A stretch of DNA of 64,000 bases, taken from the IMG/VR virus record IMGVR_UViG_3300008107_000029, positions 1 to 64,000 of that record; one strand, given 5' to 3'. Below are positions 26,715-35,879 of the stretch, piece by piece. The translations under genes and the position numbers were made by a program. Position 1 is the stretch's first letter; each line of letters starts with the position of its first letter. The notes beneath the pieces were generated by a model. It had not been told where the DNA came from and did not search any database. It worked only from the letters and a program-made list of their open reading frames with translations. Source of the DNA: a virus.

Positions 26715-27213
26715 ATTACGATCATATGAAAAATATCACTGGAATTTTGGAGGCTTCTCATTAATACTCCTATACTCTTGACAATCGCTATTGTATATGT
26801 TATACTAGGGTTTTTGCTATATTGGTCTTATAAGGAAGATATGAAGAGAGTTAAGAAATCTTTATCTCAGGGTAAACAGCCATATAGTATAGATGCCTTT
26901 AATCATAGACATCCTGGACGTAATCCTAATAACAAAGTATCCTTTAGTAATACTCTATATAGTAATAGAGGATCATATTCAGTTAGCCGCCCTCAGAATG
27001 ACAAATAAGATAGATTACGATCTGCCGAAAAATATCACTGGAATTTGTCCGTGGTGCTACGAGCAGGCGGCGGTGGTAGAAGATTACCTTGATCCTCAAT
27101 ATAAGATATATACATGTAATACACACCCAAGAGTATTCTATGATACTCTCTCTGGATATCTAAGATATTTATAATATAACATTACGATAATATACACATA
27201 ATCACTGAAATGT
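26715..27213 (+). repeat. Three 33-bp direct repeats ATTACGAT-N12-ATCACTG
   Basis: 26715-26747 and 27014-27046 share 29/33 nt; 27181-27213 keeps both end blocks at the same spacing. Confidence 0.7.
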
Positions 27214-27268
27214 CAAGTGTTTATGTGTATTTTTTTATATATTTTTATATAGAAATATAGGGATAATA

Positions 27269-27404
27269 TGTGGATAACTTGCATATATATGTGGATAACT
27301 TATAATAATATGTGGATAAATAGGTATAAAATGTGGATAAATAGGATATAAGTGTGGATAAGTATAGGGGGAACTGTGGAAAAGTATTACGATTATGTGG
27401 ATAA
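27269..27404 (-). repeat. Array of 7 DnaA boxes (TTATCCACA) at 21-bp periodicity
   Basis: TGTGGATAA at 27269, 27290, 27311, 27332, 27353, 27396 and TGTGGAAAA at 27375; AT-rich tract on the left. Confidence 0.85.
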
Positions 27405-27615
27405 CTCTCATTAATACCCATATATAGTATTAGACTTCCATACTAGTACTACATATAGACATAACAATAAGTATTTATTTACTTAAATATCCACTATACT
27501 CCACTTTACTCCACATCATCAGCAACCGTGGGCAGACATACTTCCTTTTCCCATATCTTCTTTCCATCTTTCCATATAGGCCAATACCCCAGTGCTCTCC
27601 AGTCCATATCATATA

Positions 27616-27810
27616 TCATTCTCTTGCCCATTGATCTTCCCATAAGCCCATAATGGATTCATTCCCTATATCGTCAAAGTAGTATCTCTTCTTATCAGGG
27701 TTATAAGTCCATCCTCTCCATAAGCCGTCGTCATCTAGCCAAGTTAGGTTAGTAGGTCCTTCTTCTTTATATGCTGCTATCCTACGTAGTAATTCCTTGT
27801 CAGTTATCAT
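27616..27810 (-). CDS. Small Trp-rich hypothetical protein
   Basis: ATGA coupling with the upstream gene. Confidence 0.55.
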   Translation of the reverse strand: MITDKELLRRIAAYKEEGPTNLTWLDDDGLWRGWTYNPDKKRYYFDDIGNESIMGLWEDQWARE

Positions 27811-28097
27811 AACTCTGTCAATACCTCATACTTGTCCATATTGAATACTTTATCCTTCTGTAGTCTCTTAATAGATCTAGAGAGTCTATCTTCCCTACGC
27901 CACCCAAAGTATGACTTTATATATACAATACCATAGGCAATAGCCATAGCCATAAATCCATACTGATCAGTAATAAGTGCATATGCTATCCATAGGCATT
28001 CATTGAGTAGTAGTACTAGCCATCCCCAGATAGTCTTCCTGCCGACCAAAAATATACCTGTTACTCCTACTATGCCTAAAGCCCAATCCCACGTCAT
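27807..28097 (-). CDS. Small PnuC-like/PQ-loop-like membrane protein
   Basis: Three TM helices with GRKTIWGW, W..YA...QYGF pattern. Confidence 0.55.
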   Translation of the reverse strand: MTWDWALGIVGVTGIFLVGRKTIWGWLVLLLNECLWIAYALITDQYGFMAMAIAYGIVYIKSYFGWRREDRLSRSIKRLQKDKVFNMDKYEVLTEL

Positions 28098-28294
28098 TGT
28101 CTATGCCTCTTTCTATTCCCGTACTTCGCTCTTACCTCTGATTTATATCTATTCACAATCATCCTTGTCATCTCTTCTACCTTCTTATTCACACACCATA
28201 GCCTAGTAGGCAATTGCTGATGAACCTCCCAGAACTCTTCTTCTGTATCCATCATATTGCATTCAATACAACTAATAGCCACCCAAGCACTCAT
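28094..28294 (-). CDS. Small hypothetical protein
   Basis: 66-aa ORF overlapping its neighbours; start uncertain. Confidence 0.45.
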   Translation of the reverse strand: MSAWVAISCIECNMMDTEEEFWEVHQQLPTRLWCVNKKVEEMTRMIVNRYKSEVRAKYGNRKRHRQ

Positions 28295-28475
28295 TTCTAG
28301 TATGATATAACCTGATCTTATTCATGATCTTCTTGTTAGGGGCATATAGTTCTTCCCCACAGCAAGCAGTCTTGAGATACCATTCTTTAGCAAAAAAGTC
28401 ATATCTCATACCTTTAAAGTTGGCATACTTATTAGCCACAAAGGTCTCAAATGGATCTGGTATATCGTATATCAT
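28272..28475 (-). CDS. Small hypothetical protein
   Basis: CCGEELYAP...HTR..CLGGY. Confidence 0.6.
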   Translation of the reverse strand: MIYDIPDPFETFVANKYANFKGMRYDFFAKEWYLKTACCGEELYAPNKKIMNKIRLYHTRNECLGGY

Positions 28476-28858
28476 TTATGTTCTTTTTTTATATGGTTAT
28501 ATAGGGTAAAGTGGGCAAACCCAGACCTTACCTCTATCTCTCGTTTACAGTCTGGACATATCACTAGCCTAGCCATATATACCTTTTCTCTAGTTAAGGT
28601 ACAATTATAGCAGATAGCCTAAGCCCCGTCAAGTGTGAGAAGATTGCCCTGTTTCAGGGCTTATTGGTATCTCGACGCCCCAAAATTTTTCGAACTGCTT
28701 CGCAGCCTTAGCCTTTACTTAGCCTGGTTAGCCTTTACTCTATTGTAGCCAGTCTTCTTCTTATTCATCGATCCAGGCTTCTTGTAGCCAGGCTTGTTAG
28801 GCACATTAGACTGCCTAATTTCAAGTGATTTTGCGATCTTATTGTGATGCTTTCCCAT

Positions 28859-29299
28859 TTAGTGCTCCCTTATGTAAGTTCCACTAATGTGGAAGTCGTC
28901 TTCTACTGCCAGTGCAAATGGCGTGTTATGTGTAAATGCTGTATCTCTACCTTGTGAGTCAGTAAAGTTTAATAACATTTGTATACTACCTGCAGTTACG
29001 TGACCTCCAATAGAGTAGTTTCTTTGTGTGGAAGCATCATAAACTCCACCACTTCTAAACTGGTAATCATAGGCTGCTGCAAAAGGTAGGTTGAGGTAAT
29101 ACTGTCCAGTACCAAAGGTAAGGATATTATCAAAGTCTACGTTAATTCTAAAATGGATTAAGTCTCCTAGGCTAATGTAAGATCCAGTAAATAGTGGTGC
29201 TCCAGTGAATGTTGGCTGTGTCTCAGTGGTACCACCCTGGACTCCAAGAGGAAATGCTAACTCTGCTGAGACGTCTGATACGTCAGTAATGTGAATCAA
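28859..29299 (-). CDS. Tail-fibre-like beta domain protein
   Basis: GSYISLGDLIHFRI, FGTGQYYLNLPF, ISGTY resemble fibre C-terminal domains. Confidence 0.55.
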   Translation of the reverse strand: MIHITDVSDVSAELAFPLGVQGGTTETQPTFTGAPLFTGSYISLGDLIHFRINVDFDNILTFGTGQYYLNLPFAAAYDYQFRSGGVYDASTQRNYSIGGHVTAGSIQMLLNFTDSQGRDTAFTHNTPFALAVEDDFHISGTYIREH

Positions 29300-29583
29300 A
29301 TCTGCTCCTGAATAAAGACTGCTACTGTAGCCCCAGTCTCACCAACTGCATACATCCTGTCCAAAGGATTAAGATCAATTGAGAATGATTGCTTAGGGAA
29401 TAGTTTGTGTCCAAAGTTAGTAGAACTGACGCTTGAAGTGCCAATGTAAACCATAGCAGTGGGATGTGTATTCTGTACAGAAAGTGAGTTCTTTCTATTT
29501 GCTTCAGAGTCGTATACAGTTAACTCCTGTGGAGTACTGTTTAATGATAAGTTTCTTGTTCTGATTTCTGATACAAAGGCCAT
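29296..29583 (-). CDS. Small virion-like beta protein
   Basis: LSVQN...VYIG...G..L.P; TATAAT-6nt-ATG leaderless start at 29583. Confidence 0.6.
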   Translation of the reverse strand: MAFVSEIRTRNLSLNSTPQELTVYDSEANRKNSLSVQNTHPTAMVYIGTSSVSSTNFGHKLFPKQSFSIDLNPLDRMYAVGETGATVAVFIQEQI

Positions 29584-30112
29584 AATAGTATTATACACCA
29601 CCCCAGTCATTACAAGAGTAGCACACTCCACGTCCATTTAACTCTTCTACCATTGTAGAACATTTCATACAAATCTCTGTCTTATTCATCTGCCCACTGC
29701 CTTGGGTGATCATACTTAGGATCTCCTGTGATCTCTCTTAATAATTCTTCTAACATTAAACACTCATCGTGCTTCCACCATACTAAACAAAACAGTAAAC
29801 CATTATGCTCTGATACGTTTTCACATCTTAAATACCTATTGATGAGTCTCTCAAGTATTTGTTCTTTATCCATACTTATTCTCCCTGGTCTACGCCGTAT
29901 GTCATTTGAATATAACATACTGTCCAGCCTGCAATAAATGCAGGGATCAGCCATAGTGCGTGTAACATTACTTACTCCCTTCTGTCTTATAGATACGTAA
30001 TCTTGTCCAACATCTTGTACAATCTTCGTATGTGTTACCAGTATAAGGGCAATGTGCTTCGTAAGGGTGATGACCTATCTTACTACATACCGTCCATTTT
30101 ACGTAAAAGTTT

Positions 30113-31252
30113 CTAATTCTTTGCTTCATCTTTGTTCTCCTTCTTCTTAAAAACAGGGTTTACTATTGGCAGGTGCTTTGCCTTCTTTGTCTTTCTTTGT
30201 TCAAGATCTATGCCTGCATACTTTAAATATCCTTTAAATGTTCTTGGAAGGTATCCAAATTCGTCATTACTTGCAGTAATCAATGAGTTTATTCTTTCTG
30301 ACTCCATTGCTAATCTTTCTTTATATGAGTACCAACGCTTATAAGGGTATTTTTTGGTCTCTGTAAAGTAATCTCTACCACCAGCATCATTGATAATAGA
30401 AGGATCTTCAGTCCTAAAAGACAAGTCTCCTAAGTCTTTTTCTTCTACAAACGTAACAGTTCCAGCGTATCTATGATATACATATGGGGTTGAACTATGA
30501 CAAAACTCATACCCCCTCATATACGCAAGGGCTGATTGATATAGTTCTTCTCCCCAAAATATTAAGTCTTCATTTAAGCATGTACGATAACTGTTTACCC
30601 AGATAGGCCCATCAGTAAACATATTGTGTGCACAAATTTTAATTGCTGGAAGCCACCTGTTTTCTATCCAGCCATGAGAATGGTGTCTTTGTTCACCTGG
30701 ATATATTGTATGATCCCATCCTACTGGAAAGTGTGGGCTTCTTCTATCGTCATAAAGCCAAAAAGCATATTTGTTTTCATTCCTTGTAGTAAAGACTTCA
30801 TCGCCATCTTCTCCTGTTTCAACATCAAATCCAGGAGCATAGTTTCCTAGCAAGACACGCTCTCCAAAATATGTCTTACAGTCTTCAAACTCATTGATTA
30901 TATCTACATCCCAATCTTTTCTAAATCTCATGTGGGAATCAATTTGAAAGAAGTAATCCTCGTTGTTGTAATATTGTAATGCGTTTAGCCTACCTCTTCC
31001 TACACCAAAGAAGTCTGCGTGTTTAAAAAATCCTGATTTGTAATTTCCCTCTGGTGGATCAAAATCTAAAACCCAAAACTTTTTATATTCTGGGTCTGTT
31101 AACTGATCTAAGTCAGAAAGATATATAGGGCTACCAACGTAAACCCTTTCTGGATACTTTGCATTTTTAAATAAATGTTTTATTGTTGCAGCATAATCGT
31201 AGTCTTCCATTGTAGGAACCGAAACAAAGATAGTTTTTAAATTACGATCCAT
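30113..31252 (-). CDS. GT60-type glycosyltransferase (Skp1 hydroxyproline alpha-GlcNAc transferase-like, Pfam GlcNAc)
   Basis: TIFVSV, LF..AKYPERVYVG, GVGRGR...YNNEDYFFQIDSHMRF..DWD, FWGEE...A...GY, YHRY; TAATG-coupled to the upstream gene. Confidence 0.8.
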   Translation of the reverse strand: MDRNLKTIFVSVPTMEDYDYAATIKHLFKNAKYPERVYVGSPIYLSDLDQLTDPEYKKFWVLDFDPPEGNYKSGFFKHADFFGVGRGRLNALQYYNNEDYFFQIDSHMRFRKDWDVDIINEFEDCKTYFGERVLLGNYAPGFDVETGEDGDEVFTTRNENKYAFWLYDDRRSPHFPVGWDHTIYPGEQRHHSHGWIENRWLPAIKICAHNMFTDGPIWVNSYRTCLNEDLIFWGEELYQSALAYMRGYEFCHSSTPYVYHRYAGTVTFVEEKDLGDLSFRTEDPSIINDAGGRDYFTETKKYPYKRWYSYKERLAMESERINSLITASNDEFGYLPRTFKGYLKYAGIDLEQRKTKKAKHLPIVNPVFKKKENKDEAKN

Positions 31253-31989
31253 TACATGTATTCTTTTTTCTGCCACATTTCTTTTTTATAGCCACTGGAA
31301 AGATGTCTTCTTACCTTCATGTTTAGTAGTTCGTATTCATCTTTTCCCATAGCCCTTGGCTCTGTAGCCATCCAAGATTCACGCTTAAAAGGAATGATTT
31401 GCATCATTGGTGTTCCCATTGGAATAACCCCCTCAAATCCCTTTTTAATAAAAAATGGGTGGTTCCCTGTCGCATACCAGTGATCAGTATCCATCACGCC
31501 AGAAACTGTATGAATTGGAAGGTCATCTCTGTTTAGTGGGTGTGTGTACAAAGTACTGTAGCCAGGTGGAGTCTTTGCTTCCCAGTGTGTAAGCCAAGTA
31601 AACTCACAGTCATAGTACTCATCTGGAATAGGCATAGATGTTTTATTTGATGGACCTCTAGTATTAACTATGTTAAAAGATGGGTGTGAACTAATCTTTA
31701 CACTTGCTCCATTAAAAGAACTCTCTACATAAATATCACAAGGGGTTGTCATAATATATCCCATAGTAAACGCATCAAAGAACGGCATACACTGTTTTAG
31801 TGTTGAGTTAGCACTGCCAAATCTATCATCCCACTCTGCTGTTTTTGAGTGATGAGAAGGTATATTTTTATACCAATCTGGAATTAAAGTTCTTGCTGGC
31901 TTAGGGGCCTCACAAGATTGTAAGATTATCTCATCCCTAGCAACAAAAGTAATGTCCTGATAGGGCCTAAACTTTTTCTTCTTAAACAT
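31252..31989 (-). CDS. Conserved phage protein (DUF6065-like/dUTPase-like fold), paralog 1
   Basis: PKPA...IPDWYK, TLKQCMPFFD...GY, TPPGYSTL..HP, GVMDTD, GTPMMQIIPFKR. Confidence 0.6.
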   Translation of the reverse strand: MFKKKKFRPYQDITFVARDEIILQSCEAPKPARTLIPDWYKNIPSHHSKTAEWDDRFGSANSTLKQCMPFFDAFTMGYIMTTPCDIYVESSFNGASVKISSHPSFNIVNTRGPSNKTSMPIPDEYYDCEFTWLTHWEAKTPPGYSTLYTHPLNRDDLPIHTVSGVMDTDHWYATGNHPFFIKKGFEGVIPMGTPMMQIIPFKRESWMATEPRAMGKDEYELLNMKVRRHLSSGYKKEMWQKKEYM

Positions 31990-32001
31990 TGTCTACCTTT
32001 T

Positions 32002-32196
32002 CTATTTGTTTTTTGCTGAATCTGTTTTGTAAAATCCTGAGCCTTTAAATTGTATTGCAAATGATGAATAAGATCTAATCATATCTGCTTCACATTCAAC
32101 ACAAGTATATCCTGGATCTTCATCTTTAATTGATCTATGCACTGACATTATAGCGTGTGCATCATCTTCAGAGCATTTGTATTCATATACGGGCAT
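32002..32196 (-). CDS. FmdB-family zinc-ribbon protein
   Basis: MPVYEYKC...CVEC...FKGSGFYKTD. Confidence 0.8.
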   Translation of the reverse strand: MPVYEYKCSEDDAHAIMSVHRSIKDEDPGYTCVECEADMIRSYSSFAIQFKGSGFYKTDSAKNK

Positions 32197-32825
32197 TACT
32201 TTTCCACCGTGCCAGTCCCAACACCCTTACGATACATCTTAACCTCCCCTGAAGGAAATGACTTGTAGGCCATTACTGGTGCTCCACAATAGGTGTCGTG
32301 TTTAATTGCAGCCTCAACTGCCCATGCTGCATGCTGGTCATGCTTCTTTACCCAATCTGGATCTTTCCAGCCGTGTGCTAGATATCCCATTGCCAACTCT
32401 GTTCCAGAACCAATTACAGAATAATCTCTGTTGACTGAAACTCCAAGTGTCTCACTGACAGTGAAAGACTTTCCGTGTGTTACTAAAGTAAAGTATGAGT
32501 CGTCTGGTATTCCAGCCACTCCATTTTCTGTTTTTAATGATTGCTCATCTGACATTGCATCTCTGATTAATGGTACAACCTTTGTAACCATAAATTTCAT
32601 TGCCTCGTTGTAGTCATCAAGGTTTACTGTCTTGGGTACAACTGGATACTTAATTCCAAACTGTACTACATCGCAAACTCTATCTGCTCCTGCAGCACCA
32701 ATAAGCCAAGTGCCTTGTTGAACAATTTTATTTGTAGGTGTGGCTTTAATGTTATCCCAAGTAATACCAGAATCAGATGCCAATACTGCATACTGTGAAC
32801 TAACGGTTGAGACTATACAGGTCAT
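32196..32825 (-). CDS. Ntn-hydrolase, proteasome-beta/HslV-like peptidase
   Basis: N-terminal MTCIV, ASDS, NKI, GAAG, IGSG..AMG, AAIKHD..CG. Confidence 0.75.
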   Translation of the reverse strand: MTCIVSTVSSQYAVLASDSGITWDNIKATPTNKIVQQGTWLIGAAGADRVCDVVQFGIKYPVVPKTVNLDDYNEAMKFMVTKVVPLIRDAMSDEQSLKTENGVAGIPDDSYFTLVTHGKSFTVSETLGVSVNRDYSVIGSGTELAMGYLAHGWKDPDWVKKHDQHAAWAVEAAIKHDTYCGAPVMAYKSFPSGEVKMYRKGVGTGTVEK

Positions 32826-33856
32826 GCTGATCCCCTTGCGTGTGGTTTGGATTCGTTTAAACTTGCTATAGATACTGTATCATATTCGGAGTCTTCTTGC
32901 AAATCTGACAGGCTGTGAGATCCAGAATAAGAACACCCTGAGCCTAGGCCTAATCTAAATTTATTTAGACTATCTTCAACTGCCCCCTTGTATGGTACCT
33001 TAGTAGATATACCCTCAGAACCTGCAGAATAGCCTCTCCAGGCCTCCTGAGCCTCACTTGAAGCCATCCCACGGAAAGACTTAAAGCCATCAATAATGTC
33101 TCCTGGAGCCTCGTCGTGTCCTGCCAAAGCAGATCCTAGCATAACTGCAGATGCCCCTGCTGCAAAAGACTTAACCATATCTCCTGAGTTCCTAATTCCA
33201 CCATCTGCAATGATTCCCAGATTAGATACTGATTCATCATTAAAGCAATCTAAGATGGACTGTAGGGTTGGCCTTCCGTGCCCAGTTACAATCCTAGTAG
33301 TGCAGGCTGCACCACCACCAATTCCAACACGAACAGAGTCTGCACCCATCTGCAATAGCATCTTGTATCCTTCTGCTGTTGAAACATTGCCAGCCATAAT
33401 GTGTGTAGCAGGATTTAAAACTGCTCTCAATTTCTTTACGGCTTCTAGTGCATAATCACTGTGACCATTTGCTGTATCAACACATATTACTTTTGCTCCA
33501 GCCTCTTCTAATTCTAAGGCGTGTGACTCATAGTATCCAGTAGCAGCAACTGCTGCACCAACTACAAATCCCATTTCGGAAACAAGTTTAACTTGTCTTA
33601 CCTGCTCTACCTCATCCATATACCTATGGATTATACCTAGACCACCAAGCCTAGACATATGAGAAGCCATCTCCCATTCAGTAACAGTGTCCATAGGTGC
33701 AGAGATAATTGGAGTAGACAATGTGATCTGTGCTTCTGGCCTAACTCCAATAGTCATAGATAGGTCTACGTCTGATCTACTTTTAACACCTGACTGTTGT
33801 GGCACCAAAAGAATATCATCAAAGCATAGTGCCTTAACGTTGTTATACTTTCTCAT
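32822..33856 (-). CDS. IMP dehydrogenase/GMP reductase family protein (no CBS subdomain)
   Basis: FDDILLVP, SAPMDTVT, GNV, VGIGGGAACTTR, IIADGGIR, FRGMAS. Confidence 0.9.
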   Translation of the reverse strand: MRKYNNVKALCFDDILLVPQQSGVKSRSDVDLSMTIGVRPEAQITLSTPIISAPMDTVTEWEMASHMSRLGGLGIIHRYMDEVEQVRQVKLVSEMGFVVGAAVAATGYYESHALELEEAGAKVICVDTANGHSDYALEAVKKLRAVLNPATHIMAGNVSTAEGYKMLLQMGADSVRVGIGGGAACTTRIVTGHGRPTLQSILDCFNDESVSNLGIIADGGIRNSGDMVKSFAAGASAVMLGSALAGHDEAPGDIIDGFKSFRGMASSEAQEAWRGYSAGSEGISTKVPYKGAVEDSLNKFRLGLGSGCSYSGSHSLSDLQEDSEYDTVSIASLNESKPHARGSA

Positions 33857-34051
33857 TTACTCGCCGTCTACTTCGTAAGGGAATCCTAAGTCTTCCAGTT
33901 CATTATATTCTTCAATAATTAACATCTCTTTATAATAGATGCCATCTTTAATCCATTCAATGGTTGAAGCGTGAACGCCCTCACTAATTAGATTACCAAC
34001 AACTTCTTCGTCTATGATCCAAACTGGTCTAGATAGTTCAATGTCTTTCAT
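33857..34051 (-). CDS. Small acidic hypothetical protein
   Basis: ATGA coupling. Confidence 0.6.
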   Translation of the reverse strand: MKDIELSRPVWIIDEEVVGNLISEGVHASTIEWIKDGIYYKEMLIIEEYNELEDLGFPYEVDGE

Positions 34052-34305
34052 TTTTTACCCCTTGGTGGATCTCCTGCTTTGCCGTCAAAATGACACTTGA
34101 CACCAAAACTTTCAATGATCTTTCTAAGCATCTGCATATACTCCATGAGGCCTACTTGTCGTTGTTCACTCATAGCCATAACCTGATTTTCATAAGTTCT
34201 AAGTCCTATGTAGTCTGGGTATTCAACAAAATCTATCACCACGCCATAAGGTGGTTTTAAATCTCGAACAGCCTTTCGCATCTCTGGAGTGAACTTCGTA
34301 GCCAT
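34048..34305 (-). CDS. Hypothetical protein downstream of WhiB
   Basis: 85-aa ORF in a coupled run. Confidence 0.65.
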   Translation of the reverse strand: MATKFTPEMRKAVRDLKPPYGVVIDFVEYPDYIGLRTYENQVMAMSEQRQVGLMEYMQMLRKIIESFGVKCHFDGKAGDPPRGKK

Positions 34306-34308
34306 TTC

Positions 34309-34593
34309 TTATCCTATCTTCTCGATTATCTTATTCCATGTCTCTGAAGTTTTATGGGCATTCTTCATATTATCTGGCTTTCCATCTGCCAAATAAACTC
34401 CACCCCAAACTCCCCAGGACATAGTGTTAGTTCCATATTCAAAGCACTGCTTTATAACAGGGCAGTTAATACAAATCTTATCTGTAGAGGCAGCAACTTC
34501 TTTGTCTTCCTCATATTTATCAAAGAATTCATTTACTTCAAGGTCCTGACAAATTCCTCGAACTTGCCAATTAGTCTCTTCGAATAGATTCAT
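34309..34593 (-). CDS. whiB: WhiB-family Fe-S transcription factor
   Basis: W...C...FF...CINCPV...C...GVWGG signature; start placed at MNLFEE. Confidence 0.9.
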   Translation of the reverse strand: MNLFEETNWQVRGICQDLEVNEFFDKYEEDKEVAASTDKICINCPVIKQCFEYGTNTMSWGVWGGVYLADGKPDNMKNAHKTSETWNKIIEKIG

Positions 34594-34804
34594 TAGGAAG
34601 GTTCCATCCGTCCTTTGTGGGGACATATCTATTCGCAAAGCCCCATACGCCCTTGTAACGCATTCCATCTTTGCTAAACTCTGCAGCCTTGCTTCTCTTA
34701 AACTTTACAATTGTCCAGCCGTCCCAATGTAGGTCCTTAGACTTTGCAACGATTGCTTCTGCTTGTTCTAACTTGTTAATCTTCATTTCTCTCCTTGTGA
34801 TCAT
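34571..34804 (-). CDS. Hypothetical protein
   Basis: LHWDGWTIV...WGF...GW; probable start at MKINKL. Confidence 0.6.
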   Translation of the reverse strand: MITRREMKINKLEQAEAIVAKSKDLHWDGWTIVKFKRSKAAEFSKDGMRYKGVWGFANRYVPTKDGWNLPNESIRRD

Positions 34805-35163
34805 TTATAGATCCTTGTAGGTATTTCCATATTTTCAGCCTTACTCATAATAGGGTCAAAATACGGATTGTACTCTTTAGCACTAAAATATAATACCATT
34901 TCTACAGGACCTTTGTCAAGTTCATCTAGGAAGAGTTGTTTGGGCACACGATGATACTTTATTTTGATTTTCTTTTGCTTAAAGTAAGCCGAAGTCCTAT
35001 TGCAATACTCTGCAGTAAAATCATTTAACATGTGAGGGCCACCACACCAGATGTCGATCCTGTTGTCCTCAGAATTCTTATACGTTTCAATGGCAACTGT
35101 CAGCCCACGCATAAAGTCTGCGTAACTGTTAAAGTCGTCGTGTGCGTATGCATAAATAATCAT
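34801..35163 (-). CDS. Hypothetical protein
   Basis: 120 aa; TATACT-6nt-ATG leaderless start. Confidence 0.65.
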   Translation of the reverse strand: MIIYAYAHDDFNSYADFMRGLTVAIETYKNSEDNRIDIWCGGPHMLNDFTAEYCNRTSAYFKQKKIKIKYHRVPKQLFLDELDKGPVEMVLYFSAKEYNPYFDPIMSKAENMEIPTRIYK

Positions 35164-35177
35164 TGTCGTAGTATACC

Positions 35178-35879
35178 CTATCTATATTCTTTTCTATTCC
35201 ACCATAGATTTTTATATCTATTGACGAAAGATGTGTTGTGCTTATTAAGCATTGTTTGTTGATAACCTCTGCTTTCATCTACTGAGTACTCAGCAGTAAA
35301 CGAATCTCTTTTAAATGGCACAACGTGACATATTGGAGTTCCGTAAGGGATTACACCAGCGAAATCTTTTCTGATGTGAAAAGGAAAGTTAATGACTAAA
35401 GGAAATCTGTCAGTGTCTACAAACCCTGGAATGATCTTAAATGGAAGATCTTCACGATGTGGTGGTTGAAAAAACATTGTACTGTAACCATCTGGGGTAG
35501 TAATTCTCCAAGGATTAATAAACTTTAAAACAGTATCTTCATAACCATACGGCACTGGATATCCAATTACCTGATCGTCTGTATGTCCCTCTACTGCTTT
35601 AGTGTCGTAATCCATAGACCAGGAAACATCTACGTTACCATGCCCATCTCTTTTAACCAAGATGTCCGTCCATGTTTTTATTACATAGCCAGTAGACAAT
35701 GAATCCAAAATAGGAACACATTTTTTCATAGTAGCGTTCATTCCATCAAACTTACCACCGATGTAAGTATCCATAGACTTATACCAATCTGGAAGGTTCT
35801 TATTGGCAGGCTCTGGTTTTGGTGCAGCCTCAGACAACAGTGGATCAATTAAAGAAAATTGTATTTTTTTACTTGACAT
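35178..35879 (-). CDS. Conserved phage protein (DUF6065-like), paralog 2
   Basis: PEPA..LPDWYK, TMKKCVPILD...GY, PWRITTPDGYS, GFVDTD, GTP...VPFKR. Confidence 0.6.
   Translation of the reverse strand: MSSKKIQFSLIDPLLSEAAPKPEPANKNLPDWYKSMDTYIGGKFDGMNATMKKCVPILDSLSTGYVIKTWTDILVKRDGHGNVDVSWSMDYDTKAVEGHTDDQVIGYPVPYGYEDTVLKFINPWRITTPDGYSTMFFQPPHREDLPFKIIPGFVDTDRFPLVINFPFHIRKDFAGVIPYGTPICHVVPFKRDSFTAEYSVDESRGYQQTMLNKHNTSFVNRYKNLWWNRKEYR

Noticed and set aside
26778-27174. Plus-strand ORFs 26778-27008 and 26893-27174
   Set aside because: They overlap each other and the 33-bp repeats, lack clear SDs and look like open frames in AT-rich regulatory DNA
27269-27404. CRISPR array
   Set aside because: The repeats are 9 bp with 12-13 bp spacers and match DnaA boxes; no cas genes in the window
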